A DNA stretch of 64,000 bases from Podarcis erhardii (taxonomy: Eukaryota). Where the stretch lies: assembly GCA_964252035.1 (NCBI GenBank), contig OZ176201.1; one strand, written 5' to 3'. Every line of letters begins with the position of its first letter. Position 1 is the first letter of the stretch. Positions 23,901-35,900 of the stretch are shown here, one piece after another. The notes beneath the pieces were generated by a model that was given only the letters and a program-made list of their open reading frames with translations, was not told where the DNA came from and did not search any database. The position numbers and the translations under genes were made by a program.

Positions 23901-26900
23901 TTCTTTGTCCTGCTTTCGCCCCACTCTAACTTCACAACAACCCTGTGAGGCTGAGAGACTGTGACTAGCCCCAAGGCCACCCAGTCCAGCACTCTAACCG
24001 CAAAACTAAACTGGCTTCTGACAGAAGTGATGAGAAATTTAGCACACGGCCCCTGAAGCACAGTAACTGCAGTGAGTTTTCTGGTTTGCTTTGCAATAGA
24101 TGGTTTCAGTTCACATAAGGGTTACCTCAAACAAAACCTGCTTAACAGGCTTTAATGCTGTGGATTTAAAAAATGGTTTTGAACAGACAACCCAAGGTCT
24201 TTGAGTCCTACTAGCTAAAGCATGGCACCTCTTAACAGCACTGCTAACATGTTTGCTTCTTTTAGGTTTTGCTATTGAAGGCCCATCTCAAGCCAAAATT
24301 GAATGTGATGATCAGAACGATGGCTCGTGCGATGTAAAATACTGGCCCAAAGAGCCTGGCGAATATGCCGTTCACATCATGTGCGATGACGAAGATATCA
24401 AAGACAGCCCCTACATGGCGTTCATCCAGCCTGCTTCTCCAGGCTTCAATTCTGACAAGGCAAGTATCTGAGGAGCTGTTAATCTGTCAGGCTTCTGTAT
24501 AAACTGTGCTAGATGGTATTCAGGGTCAGGATTTAGCCCCAATTTAAAGGAAACTCACGGTATGTTGGAAAAGTTGCTGCCTTGTCCAGTGACATGGCAA
24601 CACCAGATATGAGTCTGTCCCAGGTTAGAAGTTCATTACAGGAGAAACTCCTTCCATTGAGGACCGTTGCAGATTTAGGCACTAGTGCATGTATGCTTTG
24701 CATTGTGAGATGTTCCCAAGAACATCAAGTGGAAAACGACTTATTTTAGCAGTGACATGCAAGGTGTATCCAGGTATCTCACTCGAACAAACTTTGGGCA
24801 TTGTAGTCTGAGCTATTAACAACCTGTAAAGGTATGTTGACATATTCTCTTATGTTTCTGCTGATCTTTCTTAGGTAAAAGCTTACGGTCCGGGGCTGGA
24901 GCGGACTGGCTGCATTGTGAACAACCCTGCAGAGTTTACAGTTGACACAAAGGAAGCTGGGAGTGCCCCTCTGAGGATCTATGCACAGGTAAGGTCCAGA
25001 GTTCCAGGTTGCATTTGCTTCTCACTAAGTCATCTGGAACTGTAGCCTTGGAATTGTGTTCAGAAGTTGGGAGTTTTCTTCTTAAGGGTATTAGTCTGAC
25101 TGGCAGAAATACTTAAGATGCCATATGGCCACAGACAGGCATCACAGGATGCTGGACTTGATGGGCCATTAGCCTAGTCCTGGCACTTGCCATATTGGCA
25201 AGTGTGAGTATGCCCTGAGCCCAAGTCCTTATAAGATACAGGGTCAGATTTATTCCTTGATAGGAAAGAATTGCACTATTGGTCTTGTCCATGTTATCCA
25301 GGTGGTTGCTGGTATGTGGTTCTAGCAACACTTGTTTGTGTGAATTTGGTCCTAAGTGGGAGTGGCTGATATTGCCTGCTCTGTGAAATCTAGCTATAGC
25401 CTGTAGGATTAAAGTGGAGCAAGTTTTATGGCTCTTTACATGGTGGCAGAGAAGAGAAAGCAGGAAGGGCTTCCATCACTTACCAGTACTGTAGATGAGA
25501 AGGTAAACAAAACACTTCTTTGTCCTCTATACCTGTGTTGTGTTCTTGCCTACAAAAGGTTTATACATTCTATGTACCGTTAGAACATACGGTGCCACAA
25601 GGTATTGGAAGATGTTCTGCATGGAAGTCTTAAATGCTGACCAGTAAGCTTGCACTAAAGACTCTTGACTCGCCATCATTTGTGGTAAAACCAGCAGTGA
25701 TAGGATTCCAAAACCATGTCGGTCTGTATGTCACCCCTCTTAAGAGGATCTACATTCTTCCTTTTTTTTTTTAACAGGATGCAGAAGGGAATCCTATTGA
25801 CATCCAAATGAAAAGCAAGCCAGATGGTATCTATGCCTGCTCTTACAATCCAACAAAACCAATCAAGCACACACTTGCTCTTACTTGGGGAGGAGCTAAT
25901 GTGCCCAATAGTCCTTACAGGGTAAGTTTTAAAAGCAGCTAAATAGCTGCAGCTCTTTATCCTCCAGTTGTAGCATGTCTTACTGTGTCTTATGCGCAAA
26001 CCCTTGCTTATGTTAACTGGCATTTAGTTGGTAGTATTACGCTAAGCCCAGAGGTGGAAAACTGGATCCATCTGGCAGGCTGGATCTTTATCTCCCTCAC
26101 CTGCTTGCAGGCCAAGTTTGACAAGTGGGTGGTGCCACCTGCCCGTCAGTCACCTGATACCAGGTGACCAGTTTCTTTAAAAGAAAAACGTGCTTGGAAG
26201 ACCCAACAGAGTTTTGCTGCTGCTGCTGAGCAGTGCCTGAAAATTCTCTTTCAGCCCTATTCCCCAAGCACTCTTGACATCATACGAGGCTGTAGGGCAG
26301 GTCTGTGTGGTTTAGGCCAAAATGGCCTTGTAGGCCAAATGGAGAAGCCTGGTGGGTCTGATTTGGATGTTCTCCACCACTGCTGTAACCAAAAGTTCAG
26401 TCGCTTTGTGCCATTGTTGCACATCTTTATGTGCCAGGCAAAAATATTCCTCTTTACCGAGGCCTTTGGCCATTAAACAATCTATGGCCTGTTAAAGCTT
26501 GGGTGGGGAAAACTGTTATGATTATTTTATTATTATGCTGTTTGCCATTATTCTTTTTATTAAGTTTTTATAATTATGCTCTGTAAAATGTGTTCTTAAT
26601 GTTGTGCACCATCCTAGGATCTTTTGATAAAGGTGGTATATAAATTGAAATAATAATTAATAATGCACCATTAAAGATGTAAATGAGATTAGGAAAAGTT
26701 ATGACCATAAAATAAAGCAGATTCAGAAATACTCATGTTTTCTGGTCCTCTCAGTTCTTAAATCCATTTTTAACTTTGGGGTTGCCTCAGGTTTTGTTAT
26801 CTTATATTTAGGTTCCTGTTCATGATTTTATTTTGTCTCTGCATTGTCGAATACTTACTGTAAGCCTTCCCTTTTATGGAGTGGCATACAAATGTTGTAA

Positions 26901-29900
26901 TAAATACAGGGCTTGTGTAATCAAAGTGGCTCCTCCTTTAATTGGATGAAATGTTCCCGCCCCCTAGGTCCAGATTGGGCAAGGCAGTCATCCCCAGAAG
27001 GTGAAAGTTATTGGACCCGGGGTGGAGAGAACTGGTCTGAAAGCCAATGAACCTACTCACTTCACAGTAGACTGCACAGAGGCAGGAGAAGGTAAAACCA
27101 GAATCACTAACACCGTTAACCTAAGCTCTATTTGCTGCTGTTCCAGTGGAATTGTTCTAGAAAGAAATGTGCTAATGGAAGTGGGTGACAAGGCTGTTAA
27201 GTCTGTGTAAATGTGTTAAGCAGGAGTAGAGAGCCTTGGGCTCTCAAGATGTTGCTAAAATGCAACTCCTATCAGCTTTAGCAAACATGACCAATGGCCA
27301 GGGGTAGTTGGTAGTTCAACAACATCTGGAGGGCGTAGGGTTCTCCATACTAGGGGTCAAGCCACAACTACTGATACGAGGGAGCAATTGTGAAGTCATT
27401 TTACTAACAAATTGATACTTTTGTTTTCTTCCTAGGTGATGTCAGTGTGGGCATTAAATGTGATGCTCACGTATTGAGTGAAGAAGAGCAGGACATAGAC
27501 TTTGGCATCATACATAATGCTAATGATACATTCACAGTTAAATACACACCCCCTGCAGCTGGGCGTTACACTGTCAAAGTGCTGTTTGCTGGAGAGGTAT
27601 GTAGTTATGATGGTGGAGGGGGGAGTTGAGATGCCATTTTATATTGCTCTCAGGTTAGCTGAAGCTTCTGTATGTATGACATTATTGTATGACTGATTTA
27701 TTTTTAAGCTCTGTTTCACATCTCACAAGGGTTCACACCTGAAGGTCCTCAGGGTGGTTTATGACGAAGAACAGCAATTATAAAAACGTATCTGATAATA
27801 TATAGAGATGGTTGTAGCAGATAAAAAAACCACTTAATGGGCTCTTGATTTCATGTTCTGCAGTTGTTTCTGACTCCCTTGCAGTTGTCACTAATATTTG
27901 AAGAGCAAAATGAAATTCAGTGCTTGCTCTTTAGAAATGAAACTTGTTTAATGCACAGATAATACAAAAACGGATAATAAATTTGATGTTCTCTTGCTCT
28001 GTGGCCAAGGACTGATTGTAGTCGGAACTGATTTAGCATCAGTTAAATAAAAATTTAGGGCACTTCTATAAGACACACACCAAGAAATAGGAATGCTTGT
28101 TAAACAGATGGCAGAAAAGGTACCATGCAAAGCATCATTTCTGCTGTGTATGGCACTGTGGCATTTGCTTGAATGACCACTTGAAATGTTCCATGATATG
28201 TGCATTTAGGCCAAGGGTGGTCTAAGCAGGATCAGCATTTGCCTTTTGATCTTCTGGAGCAGAAGATTAGATTAATATTGGGGTTTCTGAGTACACACAA
28301 AGAGTTGATTACAGTGGTACCTCTGTATGGTTCCGGAGGTCCATACTTAACTTGAAACTGTCCTTAGCCTGAAGCACCACTTTAGCTAATGGGGCCTCCT
28401 GCTGCCGGAGCACGATTTCTCTTCTCATCCTGAAGCAAAGTTCTTAACCTGAGGTACTATTTCTGGGTTAGCGGAGTCTGTAACCTGAAGCGTATGTACT
28501 TAAGGTGGTCTCTGCCCAAAAAGTTGATTTTATTTTGGTATTCTTTGTAAATAGAAGGAAGTCAATAACTTCATAGTCTGGTGTATGTTTGAATATATAT
28601 ATTTTGGAAAGATGCCCCGGGTGTATCATGAGCTAGTTCTTTTGTATTTTCTTACTTGAAAAGAAAACTTACATTGAAACAAAGCAATTTTTTTTGTCTT
28701 GAAGGAAATCCCTACAAGCCCTTTCAGAGTGAAAGTGGAACCATCACATGATGCAAGCAAGGTGAAGGCTGAAGGGCCTGGACTAAGTAAAACAGGTGAG
28801 AGTTCATCTTAACTTGGTGAGTGTGGAAGTTTGTCATGATAGCTGTTTGCTTGTTTCTTTTGTCTTCGTATTAAAACAGAGCAATACCCAGTTTGCGCAT
28901 ACTCCTTGTGCAATGGACTCCCACTTAAGCAGAAGGGACTTCCTTTTCCTCTCTTCCCTCGCAGCTCCTTGCATGTGTCCAAATCCAAAATGTGTTCTTT
29001 AGCCTTAGGGGACTGCAGTGGGAAGGAGAAGGAAGGGGAAATCCACTAGGACACTGTTGGATCTCACCTATACAATTCTGTATTTAGGAGAGATCAGTCC
29101 ATTGATACAAAAAAACTTAATCACAAAGAGTTCAGTTTGGTATTAGCCTGATGTCTTCATTCTGTTAAAAGAAAAAGAAAGCATGGCACACCTTCTTTCT
29201 GAATATGCCTTAAGGGGTGATGATGTTCTACTTTTTCTCCTACTTAGGTGTGGAAAATGGGAAGCCAACACATTTCACCGTGTTCACAAAAGGTGCTGGA
29301 AAAGCCCCTCTGGATGTTCAGTTCAGTGGACCGATGGCAGGAGATGCTGTCAAAGATTTGGACATAATTGATAACTATGATTATTCACACACCGTAAGAT
29401 ACACTCCAGTACAGCAGGTAGGATTTACTATAAGAGGTATTAATGTGATCTCTTCTGTCTCATGGCTTAGCCCCAGGCAGCATGATAGCAGCAGGACCAG
29501 AGGAGGAGACCGTGATCTCCTCTCCCAGGGATGGTTTGGTTGAACTATCACTTTATGTTCAAAATGATGTTACGAGCTGCAACTTTCATTTTTGCCCCTA
29601 GTAGTTTAAGTATAGTGACTGCTGTGTAATCCTGCTCTTCTTGTGATCCCTTCCTGGTTTCTGCACTGCCGGGCATCTGTATTGGTCCATTGATACAGGT
29701 GGTCTTTATCTAAGCCATGTTCATTTTTATACCAAGATGATCCTTTGGGTATTTTGTGCAACTTTTAGGTGTCCATAATTTGGAGTAGCTGGGTTCTATA
29801 GGCTTTTGTTTTAGTTGGATCTCGGTGGCAGAAACTTCAATGCCAGCTTTCTCTTTGGCATGCCGCTCGTGACACTGGCTGGTGTAAATAGAACTGGAGT

Positions 29901-32900
29901 TTATGACTTCGGAAAACAGTGGTGCTGTGTACTATCCTCCAGCAACTTGCAGCAAGCTTGCAAGTGGTGGGGTGCATTTGAGGGACTGTCTTCAAAATAT
30001 GGCTGACGCTTGTTGAATGTGTTCTTTGGAGGCCAGTTAACTGTTCCTGGCTTGCTTACACCTCAGAAAGTACTAATTTTTTCCTATGCTTACCAAATCC
30101 AAGATACACACGGATGACAGCTAAGCCATTTTACGCTTGATTCCTTACAGAATTGTAGAATTGTGGTTTCTACCCATTTGCATAGAGCCTTGCTTGTAAA
30201 TGCTTCCTCGCATAAAAAGTTCACCACATGTCCCAAGAACATCCCTGCTGGTTCAGGCCAAAGGCCCGTTTCGTCCAACATCCTGTTCTCACAGTGGCTG
30301 CAAATGGGACTTGAGTACAACAGCACTTTCCACAATTCAGATTTCTAGCAACTGGTATTCAGAAGCATGATGGCTTTGACAGTGTAGGCAGTACCTAGCC
30401 ATTGTGGCTAGCGGCCGAGAATAGCCTCATCGCCCTTTAAAGTTATCCATGTTGTTGTGTCATAAACTAGCACATTTAGGAGAAGACTACACTGGACCTT
30501 AACTCAACAGGTGATGCTGAATTATTTTGTGCAGGGAACCTCTTCTGCTTTCTGGGTACAGTGTAGAATATTTGGCCCATGGGCTCCCAGCTTAGATAAA
30601 GGAAGCGGAGATAAACTCAGAAAACTGAACGCTGGCATTCTGCCAGCATTCTGTCAGGGGTTGAAAATTATAGTAGGTGGTGGCACTGTTGAGAAATACT
30701 GCCATATTTGAACACTGCACCATATGTACATTGCATTTTTGAAGCAAACGTTGATAGAGGTTCTGGAGGGGGAAGGGGAGAGCGAGCTGGTTAAAGTGAA
30801 TAAGGGGTGGAGTAAGCAAACATTGCAGTCTGCTCTTTTGCTCTGTCAGTCTGTAAACATAGCAGTGACAAATACTACTTATCAAACATTAAACTGCTCC
30901 AGGCCCTGTGAAAATGTAACTTCCATTCCCAAATGCCTTATCCAAGGGATTAATTTCCAGAACTGCCGCATTATATGCACCTTAGTCACAGGGAGTTAAC
31001 ATGCTATGCTTTGCTGGCCCATGCCCAACTAGCTTAACTGAAAAATCTGAATTTCAAAGTCTCTTCTCTATAGCCTGCCTCTGTTCCTTCAAATTTATTA
31101 GTGTTCTACAGCAAATGAACAAAGCGAGGCTGAAGATTCTGGATGCATTAATCTTGTGCCCATATGGGAACATTGCAGACGAATGCATGGCAGTTTCTAG
31201 GCAGCAAATGCTTCGTTTCTTGGCACCTAATTTAGCTGTTTTACAGAATCAAAAGTGAAGTTGACTGTCTTGTGGTGTTAATAGGTGCAGCTCAGACTGT
31301 AACAGATGAATGGGAAACTGGGAAAGCAGGCTGCAGCGTATGAGTGGCCTGTTTTGATGTTGTTGGAAATACCTTAGATACAGAATGTTGGATTTTGAAT
31401 GGGTCTGTTAGGTTTAAACTAATGGAGTTGATATATAAAACACCCTTTGCCATACACAAAGGTTTTATCAACTGAAGATTTCTTACATTTCCATTAGTGT
31501 TGTTTTTTTTTTTGCCCTTCCTGTATCTCTTATTTGTAGATTATAAATTTGATAGTTACGGACTTGGGAGTATACATACACAGTGTAGACATCCATGTAG
31601 AGGTCAGGAGGGTGGCAACACAAGAATGGGCCTTCTCTGCAGTAGCTTCCTGTCTGTGGAATGCTCTCCCCAGGGAAGTTCGTCAGGCACCTTCACTATA
31701 CATCTTTAGGCACCAGACAAAAACATTCCTCTTCAACCAGGCCTTTGCCTGACCTGACATCCTATACCCTTTTTTAAAATGCTGGCTCTTTTCGGGGGTG
31801 GGTCTGGTTTTTGTTTTGATTTTATGTAAGTGATTTTTAATGTGAACCGCCCCGAGACCTTCAGGTATAGGGCAGTATAAAAAGGCAAAGGACCCCTGAC
31901 AGTTAAGTCCAGTCACAAACGACTCTGGGGTTGCGGTACTCATTTCGCTTTACTGCCCGAGGGAGCCGACGTTTGTCTGCAGACAGTTTTCCAGGTCATG
32001 TGGCCAGCATGACAAAGCCACTTCTGGCGAAACCAGAGCAGCGCACGGAAATGCCGTTTACCTACCCGCCGGAGCGGTACCTATTTATCTACTTGCACTT
32101 TGACGTGCTTTTGAACTGCTAGGTTGGCAGGAGCAGGGACCGAACAATGGCAGCTCACCCGTTGTGGGGATTTAAACCGCCGATCTTCCGATTGGCAAGC
32201 CCTAGGCTCAGTGGTTTAGACCACAGCGCCAGCTGTGTCCTTATAGGGCGGGATAGAAATAAAATAAAACTGTAGAGGACCCCAACAGTATTTTTACACA
32301 TCTATAAGAAGGGTAAAACAGCAAACCTTAACCTGCAGAGTAGTCGTCGTGTTATTTCTGATGTTTTGCCTAGTATTAAGCCCTTGCAGATTAACTGTAG
32401 TTAACTGATTTACAGTATCCTTGGTTCAAAAACTTGTATTTTGCTGAAATTTGTAGACAATAGATTAGTTTGAAACACAGTAGGCTTAAGAGTGAAGCTA
32501 GCAAAATACGGGTCCTTATAGGGCATGACTGGGCACAATTTCATCAATAACAGGGCAGAGCATCTTGTTATCCTAGTAAAAACATACTAGTATTTTAGCC
32601 TTTAAATGCAAAGCTTCATGCCAAGGCTGCATCTGCACAAAACCTGCCAATTGGGATTTCTCCTACCAGTTATTTACTTGCCTCTACAACTTTGCTTGTA
32701 TATACTGCTGAACAATTTTAAGTAGAACTCTGGAGGTTTGGGATAAGCTTTTGCTTCCTGGTGTCTGAAGATATGCATGATTCAGTATTAGGGGGCAGTT
32801 GTATGTCAGACTCTGCTGCTGTAGTTTCTGGCTTGTAGCAAATATCGAAATAAGAAACAACGTTTTCCAATCTGTCCAATCTTTCTAGGGTAGCATGAAT

Positions 32901-35900
32901 GTTCAAGTGAGCTATGGTGGTGATCCCATCCCCAGGAGTCCTTTCACTGTAGGTGTTGCTGCTCCACTTGACCTAAGCAAAATTAAAGTTAATGGCCTGG
33001 AAAACAGTAAGTAACTTAAGTAATGTGAGCTTTTCTTCTTTTTTTAAAAAAACTTGTGTACAGAATAAACTTACCTGGAATGGAGGTCAAGATGCCAGTA
33101 GACACCTGAATTGACAGATATCACTGTTTTGTGTGTTGTGTAGAACTTCTGAGTTTGTTCAAACCTGAGAATTTTGGGTGGAGAAGGGTGTATGTATACG
33201 TTCTCGCTGTTAAATTGAAATTGGCCGTTCTCTGCTTTGGAAAGAGCAGGCCATTTAAGGCAAGTACTTGAAGCGAGAGTTCTGCCTGTATTGGCAATAA
33301 AAGAAGTTGCGAGCTTAAAGGTCAGCATTGACCTAGGACTTTCCTTGGATACGTCCCGTTCAATACTCAAAATGTGGGGTAAGGAAAAAAAAGTAAGGCG
33401 TTGAAGATTTCCTGAGTTCCGCCCATTAACCATGGGGAAGCAGGAATCCTTCTGGTTCTAAACCCTTCACCAAACCTTCCTGTATGATGTTTGCTCTTGC
33501 TAAAATGTTGGTTGGATACACTGAGATAATAGTTTGGAAGGTAGTTCCCGTTATCATCTACTTCCCATCTGCAGTCCCCTATGCTACATCCTGCAGTATT
33601 TCCTTGGAATTGGGGTTCCAGGAGTAAAGTGGAGAGGCAGGACAACAGGAAACAGCATTCCATGAACAGAGGGCTGCTCATGGGTTGGATCCAAAGCATG
33701 CTTTATTTTTTAAAATGGGTACACTGAGGGTTATGCAGAATTTTAGGTTGGTGATCATGTAGCATTCCAGATCCCATTTGATGACTTCCTGGAACATAGA
33801 TGTGGAGATGATACGTTTTGCTCTGCTACAGGCATAGGCAAACTCAGCCCTCCAGATGTTTTGGGTCTACCACTCCCATCATCCCTGACCACTGGTCCTG
33901 TTAGCTAGGGATGATGGGAGTTGTAGTCCTAAAACATCTGGAGGGCCGAGTTTGCCTATGCCTGCTCTACCACTTTTCTAAGCCATTCCTTGAGTTGATT
34001 GACTTTTAAAGAAGGTGCGTTTGAATTTTAAGAACTTGAAAGACCTTCAGGCTCCTGAAGGGAGTGTTCTACTATGAAATACATTGAGCTACAATAAAGA
34101 GTTTTGCATCAGTGAGCACTGGACCTTAGGTTAACCAAACGTTAAACTACCTTCTCCATTCTAGACTTCACATAGCACAATAATATTATAGTGAGGCGAT
34201 GTGAAAATGGCCTATATAAAAAAAGAGTACCTTTAAAAAAAGTTCTTACCCTGTATGTTGTCATGTGACTGTTTTAAACACCAATTGCTCTCTGTCGATT
34301 CCCCCCCCCCCCCAACCACACCTTTCATGGCAATATTGGCACAGAGCAAAATCCTGAATGTTTCAAAATGAGTGTGTCCCAGTGAGCTACAGGGGCAAGT
34401 CTCCGTTCTACTGAGTTAACTCTGGGGTTGGCTTGCAAAATGAAATAGTAACTGTACATATTTTGGAATGTACAGTCTCCCTATGTCGTTGTATTGATAG
34501 CTGGTATGAATTTTGTTCTGAATATGGCCTATGGTCAGTGTAGAGAAAGAGAACATGCCATAACTGAGTCTCCTTTCCTTTCTGAAGGAGTCGAAGTAGG
34601 GAAGGATCAAGAATTTCTAATTGATTCGAAAGGCGCTGGTGGACAGGGCAAACTCGATGTGAACATCTTCAGCCCCAGCAAGCAAGCTGTGCCATGTCTT
34701 GTGGAGCCTGTAGTAGGCAAAGAGTGTAGCACTGCAAAGTATATCCCACGGGAGGAGGGCCTTTATCTAGTTGATGTCAATTATGATGGGAATCCAGTCC
34801 CAGGAAGCCCTTACGCTGTAGAAGCCACTCTGCCACCAGATCCTTCCAAGGTAAGCTGTTGCTAACCCTCGCTACATGGGTGGGTGAGATTTGGATGCTT
34901 CCATTGCTTGGCAAGTTGTGATGTATGTGCATTACACCTTTGAAAAGTGTGACAAATGTTATCTTTTAGCAGAAGCCCTTAGACGCAAAATTGGGGCATG
35001 GGCCCACAGACATAGATGTGCATTTGCTAATCTTACATGAGTTTGAATTCAAATTTCACAGAAACTTAAGCTTATTAACCACCCAAATTATTTAATTTGC
35101 ACCCTCTCAGATCACCCCAGAGCACTTCCTTTTCAGTTAATTTGACCCAGTTTCCTAGCAGAGCCTCCTTCAAATCAAATTGCCCTTATGCTATCCCCAT
35201 TCATTACCCCTTCAAATAGCCTATTGATATTTATCCCCCACCATTCAATTTCCCTCAAATTCATTATGGACTCAGAAATGTTCCAGAAGAGGTACAGTAA
35301 TAGCCATGGATCTTAATTGTTTTCTTTCTTGGCGTTCTCATATATTACAAATTGGTAAATTTGTTAGATTGTGCAATGAGTTGATATAAGACATTACAAT
35401 TTACTCAGAATTATTTTGGATCATCTGTGATTACGCATTAATGTCTGGCATTTTGGTAACGATCTAAGCTTCTACGTTATTTTAATGCATGTTGAGCCTT
35501 GTAATAGCTGGCAGGATTAAAAGGCCTATTTCTTTCGTAGTTCCTGTTGAAGAAATGTTGGCAATTTCTGAAGAAGTTAATGATAAATCACATGGGACCG
35601 TTTTAGCTCTTGTTTTCCTTTGTGCTGATTGGGTCAGCTCTCTTGCTTTCAAAACAGATTAGATTAATGAGAATCAAGTTGGCGGCAATATGCTAATTAG
35701 GCCAACTGTTGTGCAATGTCGCTACATTTTCAAAATCGAAGAAAAAAATGTTGAGCTTGAAATCTTGCTGACTTGTGATAACGATAACTTGTGATAGTGA
35801 TGATAACAGTGCCTTTGAACAATAGAAATACTGTTTGGTTCTTATACATCTATTTAGTGACTGCAGACCACTAACATAAGAGAACTCTAGAACTGGCTCA

